From: the human T2T-CHM13v2.0 reference genome, Homo sapiens
Assembly (NCBI RefSeq): GCF_009914755.1
Contig: NC_060934.1
Strand: one strand, 5' to 3'
Length of the DNA stretch: 64,000 nucleotides
Shown here piece by piece: positions 1-12,265 of the stretch. Numbering within the stretch: position 1 is the stretch's first letter; every line of letters starts with the position of its first letter. The translations under genes were made by a program, and so were the position numbers. The notes beneath the pieces are model-generated. The model was not told the DNA's origin. It was given only the letters and a program-made list of their open reading frames with translations, and made no database searches.

Positions 1-1204
1 ACTCCCCAACCCCGGGCAGTACCAGGCTCACCCCACAGCAGCCTCGCCAGTACCAGCCCTGCCTCAGCCCAGGGGCACAGCACAAGACTCTCACTCAGCC
101 TTTGGGCTTCAGCACAGGCCATCCACCTCCAGGAAGCCCTCCAGACACCTTCTCCTGAATGTTGGGCTGCCCTGGGCTGCTGTCCCCAACACCACTCTCT
201 CTGTTCATCTCAGCTGGTGCAAGATCACACAGCGCTAAGTCTCTGTTTCTGTGTTGGTTCCCCCACCAAACAGAGAGCTCCGTGGGAATGAGTACCACAT
301 CAGCTCATCTCCAAGGCTGATGCGAAGTGACCATTCCATCAATGCTAGCACCATGCCCTGAGCCCATGACACACGGACACAGCACAGCAAGGTCTGGGGC
401 GGGGGCAGGTGGCAGCAATTCAACATGCGGCCCTGATCGAGGGGTTATCATGCCCACCTGACAGAGGAAATCAAGGGCAAGTTACCCAGCCAGGGCCCTT
501 TGAGAAGGACTCAAACCCAGGCCAGTCTGATTCTCAAGCCAGGGCCTATTCCTCTCCTTCACTGTCATCATCACCTGGAGTCTGGGGCTGCCAGCCCTGG
601 AAACCTGAGCAGAGGAGGCACTGGGGCCCACACACAGGGTCAGGGAAGCCCCTCCACAGACACCCTCCAGGTCAGGCCCACGACAGAGGCTGCAGGCTTG
701 TGCAAGAAAAAGCACGCACGCCCCAGCACAGACTCAGGGGAACCTGACCAAGGGGAGAAGCCACAAGGGCGCCACCTCTAGGCTCTGCCTCCAGCCCTGC
801 TTCCTGCTTTGGGAAGGATGGCACATCCGCAGGCCTCAGAGCTGCAGGAAGCTCTTCTTTGCTCACCTGCAAGCTTCATTTCAGGAGATTGTCAGGACTG
901 ACAGCAGCCAAGATGCACAGGGTGACATTTCCCTGTTGGGAAAATGGATTCCCCTTTTGCCCTGCAGCCACATGCCCTAGGGAAGCATCACCATGCCGGG
1001 AAGAAAGTCTCAGTTCTCAGGAAGAGCAGCTCCTACAGCAATTGTTGGTAAACTGGAGTTGAGCTCACAGATAAGCGTCGCCCCTGGCACCTCCTCTGGT
1101 CCCATGGAGCAAACAGCAATCTGCTGCCCTGAGGCTGGGGAGGGGTCCCCCTGTACCTCCCTTCACCCCTGCCTTCCTCCCTCTCTTCAGGGCCAAGGCA
1201 TTTC

Positions 1205-1485
1205 CGTGTGTGCATGTGAATGTGAGGAGTGTGGCTGTGTGTGCAAGTGTGGGTGAGTGTGAGTGTGGATGTGGGTGGGTGGGTGCGAGTGTGGGCAGGT
1301 GTGAGTGTCGGGAGTGGGTGTGAGTGTGACGGTGTCTGTGGGTGTGTGTATGCAAGTGTGGGTGTGAGTGTGGATGTTAACGTGAGTTTGTGTGGGACTG
1401 TATATGTATGAGTGTGTGAGTGTGGCAGATGTGAGTGTGGAATGTAGCTCTGTGAGTGTGGGTGTGAGTGAGGGTGTCTGTGTGA
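1205..1485. repeat. Degenerate (GT)n/(GTGA)n low-complexity tract
   Basis: About 280 bp almost entirely GTGT/GTGA/GTGG units. Confidence 0.95.
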
Positions 1486-2317
1486 AGAGATGGATGGGGG
1501 CAGATGGATGGGCCCTTGTGAAAAGAAAGCCAACTGGGCCTGGACTCTACGAAAATCACAGACCTCAGACTCCCAGAGGCCCTGCTGCAGACCCAGTCTC
1601 TCACTCCTGAGCCTGGCACCATGCCCAGCCCAGAGCTGTGTCCTGTGCCCTAGCTGTGCCGGCGCTGCCTCTGCCCAACCCATGTGCCATTGCAGGTTAT
1701 TGTGGGAGGGTCTCAAGAAGCCCAGGGTCTTCCTCGAGCTCCAACCTTTCCCAGCTTTGTTATCACTCCTTCTTTCTTTCCCTGTGGCCCATGCAGGGCT
1801 GCCATGGCTGGGGGGCTACACACTCCAATGCCAGGGAGGGAGAAGGAGCCATCGCCTACCTCCCCATGTCTTTCCCTGGCCCAGGCGTGCCAGTCACTGA
1901 GACTTGAGGAGAAGGGCCCCCACACTGCTCAGGCCCCTGCAGCTACCCCCACAAGCTGACTATCAAAGCCCCAGAGGAACTTCCTAGCGCCAGCAATGCC
2001 TTGGGGATGGGGTAGGCATAGAAGAAGAGCCATTTGATTTGATTACTTGGCTCTGCCAAGCAGAGCCATTTACATGTTAAAGACTTTTTTTGTTATTATT
2101 CTGCATATTACATTTCAAACAAAAACCCCAAACCAATCCTCAGAGCAAAGACCCTTTTGTATTCCCCACAAAGCAACCTGCTGCTTCCAGCACCAGGCCC
2201 TGGATTCAGGGCTGCAGCATCAGGGAACCTGCATCCACACCAACCTGTCAGCACAGAGACACAGACTCAAACGATAGGGAGGGGTGGGGGAGGAGACACT
2301 GCAGCTGGGGTGGAATG

Positions 2318-4200
2318 CATTCATTCATTCATTCATTCATTCATTCACCACTCATTCCTCCCACAAACGTCGTCAGTGCTGTCTCTGGTCCAGGCACTGT
2401 GCTGGGTGCATTTGCACCAGACAAGGATGTCTGTATTCTTGGAGCTAAGGCTCTAGTAAAATTAAAAATGGCTGATGGATAAAAAATAACAATAAGATAA
2501 TAAATAAAAATTTATTGCAATAAAGTCAAATAAAACATTTTAAGTCAATTCAAAAATATGGCTGAGTGGATGATAGAGTATATTCGCGGGTGATCACTGT
2601 TATGGGTAAAACTAAATCGAGGCAGAGGATCAGGAGAGCCTAGTGTAGAAGCTGGAGGAGTATGGAGAGGAGGCTAGGCAGGCCTGGTCAGCACCAGAAA
2701 GTGAGGGTAGAGGCTTCACGGAGTCCTGGGGCAAGCTCTGGGGTTGAGTCTCTAAGAGAGGTATACCGGTTCTGGTGAAGGCAAGGAGAACAGCATAAGG
2801 TGGCCCAGGGCAGTGAGCCCTGAGGCCTGGGGGAGCAGATGGGCAGCACAAGGCCTGGCGACTCCTGTGTGGACCCTGACTTTTCCTCTAGCGAGATGGG
2901 AGCTGTTGGGAGCTTTGATCTGAGTGAGCTGTGTGCACCAGCATCTTTCTGGTGCCATGATGAGAACAGACCAAGTGGGACAGGGCGGAGGCAGGGAGAC
3001 CTGTCAGGAAGCCATTCCAAGAATCCAGGGGAGAGACGATGGTGGCTTAGCCATGGGGGTGGTCAGTGGGCTGAGCTAGAAGGGTGGGCTCCTGGGGATG
3101 GGAAGAGGGGAGAGTGCAGGGGACCCCAAGGCACTGGACCTGAGCACTGGAGGGAGGGCAGATGGAGAAGCCTCACGGGGGCTGGTGTGGGCTGAAGCAC
3201 CCAGCTTGGGGACATGCTTGTGTAAGAAGCCTATGTCATCCCAGTGGAGAAGCAGTGGACAGAGAATCCAGAGCTAACGAGAGAGGCAAGCTGGCAGGAC
3301 TGCAAAGTCCTCCATGGGTAGGTGATATTCAAAGGTGTGAGACGGTCAGAAGTCATCAAGAAAAGGAGTACAACAGAAGACAGATGATTAAAGTTGGGGA
3401 CATGGGACATGCCAGTGTTTTGAGGTCGGGAGATGAGAAGAGCCCAGCAATGGGACTAGGAAGGTGCACCCGCCACAGAGCCAGGAGGAGGGAGGCTGCA
3501 GTCCTGAGCCCGGGGAACAGTGGGGGCGGGACAGGTAAGGAAAGGACTGAGATTGGGCCACTGGACCAAGCTACACATAAGTCATGAGAATGCTCATTGG
3601 AGCAGCTCTGAGAGTCGTGAGGGCAAATGCCTGACCACAGTGCGCACAGGAGCAATGGAGAGAAAGGCATGGGAGACAGAGCATACAGAACGGCCTTTTC
3701 AAGAGCTTCGCTGTAAGTGGGTGGGGGAGCGGCAGAGGAGACGCAGAGGACAGTAGCTGCAGAGGAAGTGGACCAAGCGCAGGAATCTTTAGGGCAGGAG
3801 ATAACACAGTGTCCTTATGAGCAGATGGAAATAATCCACTAGAGAAGGAAACTTGATGATGAAGGAGAGGAGGGAGAGAACTGCTGGGTGATGGCCTGGA
3901 GCAAAGGAGGCGGACGGATGGGATGTAGTGCCCAAGGAAAGGGCGTCTCAGACAGGACATGGGCAGGTCAGCAGTGAGCCCGAGCGTTGTCCAGGACACG
4001 GGTGGGTAGGCAGGCAGGTGTGGGGATGGAGCATCGCCATCCACTGCCACCTTCTCTCTCCTCAGTGAACTATATAGGGAACAAAACTCTGCTGCTCGGG
4101 GCTGTGGCCAGCATGGAGGAGAGAGGAGGTGTTGCAGATGCGGAAAGAGAGGGGAAGGTCAGACGGAGTGGAGAAAGAATGGCCCGGAGAAACGCGATAT
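2318..4200 (-). mobile_element. LINE-2 remnant (3' end with (CATT)n tail; far boundary approximate)
   Basis: (CATT)n at 2318-2346 is followed by an L2 3'-end-like CCAGGCACTGTGCTGGG and a long purine-rich degenerate body. Confidence 0.7.
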
Positions 4201-5028
4201 GACGGCCAAAACTGGTCACGTGGGTGTTCTTTTTTTTTCCACCCTTAGCTGCAGGTTGGGGTTTTGCCCAGTGCTACTGCAGTTCATACCTGAGCTTGGC
4301 TTGGTCATCCATATCCCCAGCATCTAACGACATTCTACGGACACTCAACAGGTATGTGAGAGACAAAAGGACCAGGAGGAAGACACCAATGATGGGTAAA
4401 CTTCGCCCACCTGGCACCAGCACCAACAAGATCTAGAAAGCACCTGCTCACCTGCACTGTGGAGGGGCAGTTCCTCAGCTGACTCAAACACCTCATCCAT
4501 CCCCCCTACAGACAGTGTCCCTACCTTCTTGCTCCTCCTGTTGCCAGAGAGGTTTGAGGGGCTTAGCTCAGCTCGGCCCTAGCTAGTGCTACTGGGAAGT
4601 GGCCAGTTTCCCCATAGCACTGGCCCCACCAGCCCTGAGTTAACTACAGTGGCTCCCACACCATGGCTGGCAGCCACAGCCCATCTCCAATGTCCCCATA
4701 CACTCTTCAGGGCATCTGAGAACCAACACTCAGTCCCAGTGGCTCACCGTTAAGTGAAACCATTAGCAAAATTCTGTGACAAGAAGGAAAATGCTATGGT
4801 ATTATAGAAGAAGCCACTGGAGGCAAAACAGATCATCACTGTGGTTATAGCTGTGCCCAATGTCTGTCTGTTTGAGGACAAGTTCTAGAAAGAACCACAG
4901 AAAAATTAAAACCATTTGCTTGTTAAGGTGGTGAGATGGTGGTTCCTCCTTTGTTTTCTTTTTAAATTCTGCAATGCTGTTGCCATCTTGGTTATACAAT
5001 AAATTAAAAGTATGATTTTAAAAAAATA

Positions 5029-5386
5029 GGCTGGACACACCTTTAATCCTAGCACTTTGGGAGCCTGAGGCAGGCAGATCACTTGAGATCACGAGTTCAA
5101 GACCAGCCTGGCCAACATAGTGAAACCCCGTCTCTACTAAAAATACAAAAATTAGCTGGGCATGGTGGCATGTGCCTGTAATCTCAGCTGCTTGGGAGGC
5201 TGAGGCAGAAGAATCGCTCGAACCCGAGAGACAGATGTTGCAGCGAATCAAGATTGCACCATTGCACTCCAGCCTGGGCAACAGAGGGAGACTCCATCTC
5301 AAAAATAAATATATAAATACATACATACATACATGCATACATACACACATACATACATACATACATACATACATACATACATACAT
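5029..5386 (+). mobile_element. AluS with (TACA)n microsatellite tail
   Basis: Dimeric Alu with TACTAAAAATACAAAAATTAG linker; tail expanded to (TACA)n at ~5317-5386. Confidence 0.97.
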
Positions 5387-5389
5387 AAA

Positions 5390-6985
5390 AATGATTATTC
5401 TACTGTATTCTACACAGGCAAAAATACTTTTAGAAATGAACAAGAAGATCTCATTCACAGAAGCAACAAAGAGTATAACTATTTAGAAATAAACTTCACT
5501 AGAGATGTGCATGACCCGTGTAAAGAAAACTACCAAACTTTATTTAGAGCTATAAAGATGGCTTGAATAAATAGAGAAAATAACTGTTCCCAGATGGGAC
5601 TTTATGTTATAAAGATGTTACTTTCCCAAAAGTTAACTTATACATTTAATTCAATCTCAATCAAAATCTCAAAAGGATTTCTCCAAGGAATTATATAAAG
5701 TTATTCTAAAATCATTTTGAAAATAGATGAGAAAAATAAATAAAATTCAATAAATGAAAAGAAATGAGAGGAAACTAGATATAAAAATTATTAGAAAGCA
5801 ATAACAAAGTACTGTAGAACTTGCACAAAAATAGAAATATGGATCAGAATTTAAAAATCTAGAAATAGACCTAATTGCATACAAGAATTTAATGCATTAC
5901 AAAGCAGGTATCAACAAGCCATGGGGAAAGGAATTCTTGATTAATAAATTGCGCTGATAGTTTTGAGGAAAAGTAATTAGTTCAGAAACACACCTTTCCT
6001 CACACATCAGAAAATAAACGGTGGAGAGATTAAGGAGTCAACTAGAGAAGTCAAATGAAAGAAACCTAGCAGGAAATAGAAGGAAAAATTTATCTATTCC
6101 TTGGAGGGAGTGATAATTTCTCAAGTTTCATACTGATAAAAGAAAGTATAAATAAAAAGATAATTCAACAATATAAAAAGTACAAAAGCTTTGTAGGAAA
6201 GAAACAAGATAACTAAAATTAAAAATAGTCTATGAAACACATTTGTAGCAGTGTGTCAGGCAGCGTTGATAACTATAATATAAGGAGTTCACACAAACCG
6301 TTATAAAAAACAAAACTCCCAGAGGCCAGCAGATGAATGGGCTGGACAGAAAGTCCACCCATGGGAAGGTGCTGTTAGCAAACACAGGAAAATCCACCTC
6401 TCTGGGAATCCAATGGGAGGTCACTTCACATCTATTAAATAGCAGAAAATGAAAAACAAAGGCTTAATTGCCACATCAAATGCTTGTTGAGTTGTGGTAA
6501 AACCAATCTTCTTGCACACTGACAGGAAATGATCTTTTCGAAAGCAATTTGGCGTTACCATTGCAAGTACCATAAAAATGCCCACACTCTTTGACCCAAT
6601 AATCTTCTTCTGAGAAAATAATTCGTTAGAAAGAAATGACTGCTTCAAAAAGATGTTCAACATGATTTATAATAACCAGAAACAGAAAACAATCTAAACC
6701 TCTAACAAAAGGTGATGTTTAAATAAATTAAAGAACATCAATTTAATGGCCAATTTATGCAACCATTGAAATGATAATTATGAAAACTGTAGCAACAGTG
6801 AAAAATGTTTACAGTATAATAAAGGAAGTTGCAACCAAAGCTGTAGTTGTGCCATAATTAAAAATATGTCTATGGACCAAGGACTGGAAGGGAATATAGA
6901 AGATGAAAATAGAACCATGGAGTCTGGCTCTATTATTTCCATTCTAATGTAATAGCATTTTTGTGTATTACATAAAAACTCAGAC
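5390..6985 (+). mobile_element. Ancient L1 (L1ME-like) ORF2 3' part and 3' UTR, degenerate
   Basis: A-rich; translation EINFTRDVHDPCKENYQTL resembles L1 ORF2 GINLTRDVKDLFKENYKPL. Confidence 0.85.
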
Positions 6986-7734
6986 AAAGGAGTCTCTTTA
7001 GCTATAAGGTCAGCCTCACCTGACGTTCACTCCCTGCACTCCAGAACCCCTGTGCTGGGGGTGTGGGGCTATGGGCAGCCCTGGCCGTTCTTGTGAGGAC
7101 TCACCCAGGCCTGGAGACCCAGGCTTCTACTGTGCTTCTCCTGGGGTGGCTGAAACGCCCTCCCCACCTCCCTGGAAAGGCCCCTCCTTCAGGACTCATC
7201 CTGGAGCTAAACACGCCCCCGAGGCTTCCTCACCTCCCTCTCTGTTTCTCAATCCCACTCCACCCCTACGGCACCTGCAACTCTCCCAGACACAGAGTTG
7301 CCAGAGTGTCCTGTGCCCTGCTCCCAGCCTGGGGTTTCCTTGAGGGCAGTGGTTCTATCCAGTTTGTGTCTGGAGGCCCGGTGCTGAGCTCTGGCCTGGT
7401 ATAAGGCTGACATTGGTAATGGTTTGTTCACCACTCACGGATCCCTGGCCTGCAATTTTATGCCAAGCCTGGGTGGCACGTGAGGAAGGAGTGGACAGCA
7501 TCCCGTCTTCCAGAAGCTCCCGGGCTAGCTGCAGAGGAAAGGAGCTCACATATCTGAGGCACTGGGGGTAGTTCCATGTCCTATTCCATTCCACCCCCAC
7601 CCGGCCCTATAAGGGGAGCTATCATCACCTCTACTTTATAGATGCCCTCACAAGCTCAGAGAGGTAACGTCACATACAACCAATCCTGCCTGCCTGTTCC
7701 ATGTGGTACTGCAGGACAAGAACTAGCTTTCCAT

Positions 7735-8211
7735 GTGGGCAATAAGATTTCTTTTTTTTTTTTTTTTGTATAATAAATGTCTACATTTATTCATCCTACA
7801 TAACATAAACTTTATATCCTTTGACCAGCATCTCCCCATTCTCCCTTCTTTCCTGGCCTCTGGTAACCATGTCCTGTTCTCTATTTCTTTTTTTTTTTTT
7901 TATCATTATACTTTAACTTCTAGGGTACATGTGCACAATGTGCAGGTTTGTTACATATGTATACATGTGCCATGTTGGTGTGCTGCACCCATTAACTCGT
8001 CATTTACATTAGGTATATCTCCTAATGCTATCCCTCCCCCCTCGCCCCCCTCCCCACAACAGGCCCTGGTGTGTGAAGTTCCCCTTCCTGGAAACCATCA
8101 TTCTCAGCAAACTATCGCAAGGACAAAAATCCAAACACCACATGTTCTCACTCATAGGAGGGAATTGAACAATGACAACACTTGGACACAGGAAGTGGGC
8201 AATAAGATTTC
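7735..8211 (-). mobile_element. 5'-truncated, 5'-inverted L1PA (L1PA4-like) with ~120-bp 3' transduction
   Basis: Identical 17-bp TSD GTGGGCAATAAGATTTC at 7735-7751 and 8195-8211; two poly(T) tracts (7752-7767, 7888-7901); L1PA 3' UTR on - at 7902-8090; inverted L1 segment on + at 8088-8195. Confidence 0.93.
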
Positions 8212-8489
8212 AATAGCGCTTTGCCAATGTGGATTGTGAGGGCTTAGCAGAAAGCCAGCAGAAAATCCAGGGCTTGTGCCTGTCCCTCCAACACCAAGCA
8301 GAGTCAAGGGCCCATGAACCACACTCCCTACCCCAAAGACCCTGGTTCCCACTGACACTTGGGCCACCAAACTGCAAATGGGACAGACCCACGTGCTGGA
8401 GTTAGTCTTGGGGACACTGAAATTCGGCACTGCTGACAATCTCCATGAGGCCTTTCCAATCCCCTGCCTGGACCTGGCCCAGTGGAATA

Positions 8490-8879
8490 TGTACTTGGCT
8501 AAATAGTGTTCTCCAAAAAGTCACATCCACCCCAACCTCAGAATATGACCTTATATAGAAATAGTGTGTTTGCAGATGTCATTAGTTGAGATGAGGTCAT
8601 ATTAGATTAGGGAGGGCCTTACATCCAACACCTGGTGTCCTCATATGAAGAGGAGAGAACACACAGAGACATTGCAGAGAGAAGAAGCCCATTTGAGGAT
8701 GGTGGCAGAAAATGGGGGATGCATCTACAAGCCAAAGAAAGCTACGGCACACCAGAAGCCACAGAAGCTACAAGAGGCAAGAAAGAATTCCTCCCAAACT
8801 GGGAGAAGAATACATTTCTGTTGTTGTAAGCCATCCAGTTTGTGGAAATTTGATATGGTAGCCCTAGAAAACTAAAACA
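8490..8879 (+). mobile_element. MaLR solo LTR (MLT1B/C-like)
   Basis: CCTCAGAATATGACCTTAT...GAGGTCATATTAGATTAGG...GCCCTAGAAAACTAAAACA; TG...CA ends. Confidence 0.85.
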
Positions 8880-9017
8880 GTGGGCTCGATGGCGCAAGCT
8901 GGTGGTCCCAGCTACTCAGAAGGCTGAAGCAGGAGGATCGCTTGAGCCCAGAAGTTTGGGACTGCCATCAGCTATGATTGTACCACTTTACTCCAACCTG
9001 GGTGACAGAGCCAGAGG
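8880..9017 (+). mobile_element. Alu monomer (FRAM or AluJ right arm)
   Basis: GGTCCCAGCTACTCAGAAGGCTGA...GAGGATCGCTTGAGCCCAG...CCTGGGTGACAGAG. Confidence 0.85.
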
Positions 9018-9021
9018 GAAC

Positions 9022-9113
9022 AGGGGAGGGAGGAAGGGAGGGAGGGAGGGAGGAAAGACAGGGGAGGGGAAGGGAGGGGAGGGGAGGGGAGGGGAGGGGA
9101 GGGGAGGGGAGGG
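9022..9113 (+). repeat. (GGGA)n/(GGGGA)n polypurine microsatellite
   Basis: Directly visible; sits in place of the Alu monomer tail. Confidence 0.95.
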
Positions 9114-9479
9114 AAAAAACAAAATACCTGGAAAGAGCTTTTCCTTAAATAGAGTTCCCTGCAGCCTCCACCCTCCCAGGCTGATCCTGGCCTGGGAATG
9201 GCAAAGACCAGCTTCTTCTAGGTCCACCTGAGCTATCCAACACTTATGAATGAAGCTATGGTAACTGGAGCAGGAGGAAAGAACCCTCCTGAGCTTGGCC
9301 TGGGACTCCAAGCACAGCATTTCCCCGGGCTCCAGTCCGCTCCACCCTGATGCAGCCAGCCACTTCCCACTCCCACCTGGAGAATGCACCTAGAGTCCAG
9401 GGTGCAGTCCGGGAAGCCTGGGCTAGGAAGAAAAGACAGAAGAGAAGACAGAGCTACAGCATCCTGGGGAATGGGAAGG

Positions 9480-9580
9480 GCAGAGAGTGGGAGCTTTGGA
9501 AGCAGAAAGACTGGGTTCAAATTCCATCTCCACCATTTACCAGCTAGGCGGTCTTGGAGAAGTTGCTGAACCCTCTCTAT
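9480..9580 (+). mobile_element. MIR fragment
   Basis: CTGGGTTCAAATTCC...CCATTTACCAGCT...AAGTTGCTGAACCCTCTCT matches the MIR core. Confidence 0.75.
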
Positions 9581-9775
9581 TGCTAGTCCATATGTTTAGG
9601 CCAAAATGCACAGGCCCTGGAGGGTCCCCTGCCATCCAAGGAAGGCTAAAGGAATAAGTGCTTAGCTTTCAGGTGCCCCCCACCCACCAGCCCATGGGAG
9701 CAGAAAAGAGACAATGAGGCCGGCTCACCACGAGGACCAAGCCACAGGCCACAGACCAGCTGAGAGGTACCTCAC

Positions 9776-9848
9776 CTTGGACCTGCTGCTGGGGGCCCTG
9801 GCAGACTCTAGCTCAGAGTGGCTTGTCGATTTTCTGCTTCAGGTTGCA
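9776..9848 (-). other. Candidate 73-nt non-coding exon
   Basis: Minus-strand acceptor CTGATTGATTTTTGATGTTTCTTCAG and donor AAG|GTGAGG; stop codons in all three frames. Confidence 0.4.
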
Positions 9849-11179
9849 CTGAAGAAACATCAAAAATCAATCAGCTCCATCTATCTATCTTTGCCACTGA
9901 CACCCTTCATTTCCATTCATTTTCCTTCCTGTTGTGCTAATGGTGTGTGGCTAAGCCACAGCATAAAATAAGATATAAAATTACACAGCATTATCTTTCC
10001 CCTGAGCCTGCACACATGTGCTTTTCTCTCCATCTCTGCCAGCTCTTTAAAGGGGGAGCAGACACACATCTCACCCAGATCTAGACCCATTTTCAAGGGG
10101 CCTACCATCCAGCAGATGGACCCTTGGCCACAAGGAACTGTTCCAACCTTGTATCCCCACCTTCCCAAGGAAAGGGGGAGCAGGGACCCCCAAGGCCCGA
10201 GAATGAGAAAGCCAGTGCATCCAAAAGCCAGTGCATCCAGCCCTCTGCCTCTGAGCAGTGTTTGCCTGAACCATTGTCACCATTGGTCCCAGGATGGACA
10301 ATCATCACTGATAAAGGACCCCAAGGACCCCTTCTGCAATCAGTTTCTTTACCCTTCTTAAGGCCTCAGTACTATTAAAAAGAGCAGATGTTCACAGCCC
10401 TCGGATAACAGCTTTCTGATTCAACAGATCAAACACATTTCAGGTGTCTTCATTGGTTTTGTACCTGAAAGACCCTCTTAAGTCATCAAGGCTATATTTG
10501 CACCCCCAAAAATGGGCTCAGACACAGCCATGATTTGCTGCCTGGCTCCCAGGCCACCTGACTGGCCCTCACTCTACTTCTGGCCTTCCCTGGCTCCCAG
10601 CCCGCCACCTACTTCTGTGCTAAAAGCCTCACTTGGCTCACACAGCTCCATTTATTTGACCCTTAGCTTCCCTCCTCACCCTGGCACATGGTCTAGGTCA
10701 CAGCCAGGTGAGGTCTCTGCAGGATGTGGCCCAGCCTGGCAGGCAGATCCTGGACATGAACAGCAGCTCCTCCTTGAGACTCACTCCACAGGGGCCACCA
10801 TGCCTTCTTGGGAGACACATCTGCAGCAAGAGGCAGTAGTCCTCGCCCAGCAGAGGAAAAGAAAGGGGAACCAGGGGCAGCACTGATGAGCCTCGGAGGT
10901 TTGAGAAGCACTCTGGGGTACTTTTTGTGAATGAAAACTTCTAACACCTCCTTGGGAATTTGATGCAACCAATGAATCCTCTCCCCACCTCCCCACAAGG
11001 TCTATGCTCACATCCACAGAGCCTCTGCCTACAACCTCGCATGGCCAAGGATGCTCAACCATGAATCGCAGTGAAAGGTTTGTGGATGTGCTTCTTGATA
11101 TGATGATATTTGAAACACACAGCACCCCCAATCCTGTATGCTTACCACAAATGCCTTCCCTGGATCACACTCACCTCCA

Positions 11180-11905
11180 GACCCAACTTCCAGCTTGCAG
11201 GCAATACAGGGGACAGAGGAACAGGTTAAATGTCACCCTAAGGAAGCAATTGGCTAGATTCAGTAGCTGAAACATTCTACAGGACAACTGGCCCATGCTA
11301 TACAAGTCAATGTCATAGGAAAGAAAGGGGGTTGTTCTAGACCTTAGTTACTCAAGGTGTATTTCTTGAACCACCAGCAGCAGCGCCAATTGAGAGCTTG
11401 TTAGAAATGCAGAATCTCAGGCCCTCCCTGGACCTAGAAGCAGAATCTGCATTTTAGCAAGATCTCCAGGTGATCTGTGTGCACACACAGAAGTCTGACA
11501 AACACTCGTCTAAATAGGAAGAGATTTATGTGAAATAATGAATCACATGTGTTGTCCTGGATTGAATCCCAGCTGGAACCAATCAGGTATAAGAGATATT
11601 TTGGGGGCAATTAGGGAAATTTGAATATGGATTGTGTTAGACTATATTAAGAAATTAGAATTATTCTGCTAGGCATGAAATGTAGGAAAATGTCCTCCAA
11701 TTTTTAGGGATGCATACTTAAGTGTTTAGAAGTAAAATGCCATGATGTCTGTAATTTACTTTGAAATATTTCAACAACAAAAAATAGATGAAGCAGATAT
11801 ATGACAAATGTTAACAATGTTTAAATCCAGATGTAAATGGCTATGTCCATTACACTAGTCTATACTTCTCTGTATGTACAAAAATATTTTTAAAAAAATT
11901 AGAAA
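11180..11905 (+). mobile_element. Ancient L1 3' UTR (L1MC-like) interrupted by MER5A
   Basis: Resembles the L1MC 3' UTR (CATTCTACAGGACAACTGGCC; TTTTGGGGGCAATTAGGGAAATTTGAATATGGA); A-rich end. Confidence 0.7.
11344..11507. mobile_element. MER5A (hAT-Charlie MITE)
   Basis: GAGCTTGTTAGAAATGCAGAATCTCAGGCCC...AATCTGCATTTTAGCAAGATCTCCAGGTGAT; flanked by TTCTAGAC / GTCTAAAT, similar to the hAT target site. Confidence 0.88.
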
Positions 11906-12124
11906 TATAAGGAAAGAACCTCTTACTTCATTAGAGTTTTTCTGAACAAAGAGTGGAGCACTGCCCAGGAGGATGTCAGCACAGGTTCTCTCCCCACATG
12001 ACAGAGACTGTGCTCAGCAGGAAGGAGGGGCACAGGGAAGAAGCAGGCAAGGGGAGAGCATGCCTCTCTCGAGCACTCACTATCTAAGAGGCATGACAGC
12101 TGCAGATATTTATTTTCCTCATTG

Positions 12125-12265
12125 ATCTTCCTGCCATTCCATGAGGTGGTCTCATTAGCTCCCTTTTACAGATGAGGAAACTGAGCCACCTAATGGACAT
12201 CGCGTTGCCCCACATCACACAGTTATTAAGGGTTGTGGACAGGATTTCACTGACAGCCCTGGGCT
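12125..12265 (-). mobile_element. MIR
   Basis: CCTTTTACAGATGAGGAAACTGAG core. Confidence 0.8.

Noticed and set aside
765-784. CTCF-like motif GCGCCACCTCTAGG
   Set aside because: Only a partial match; cannot be supported without PWM scoring or ChIP data
1033-1716. 227-aa His/Thr-rich ORF
   Set aside because: Translation of the (GT)n low-complexity tract
2048-2068. 9-bp hairpin TGGCTCTGC-CAA-GCAGAGCCA
   Set aside because: A stem this short can occur by chance in 64 kb
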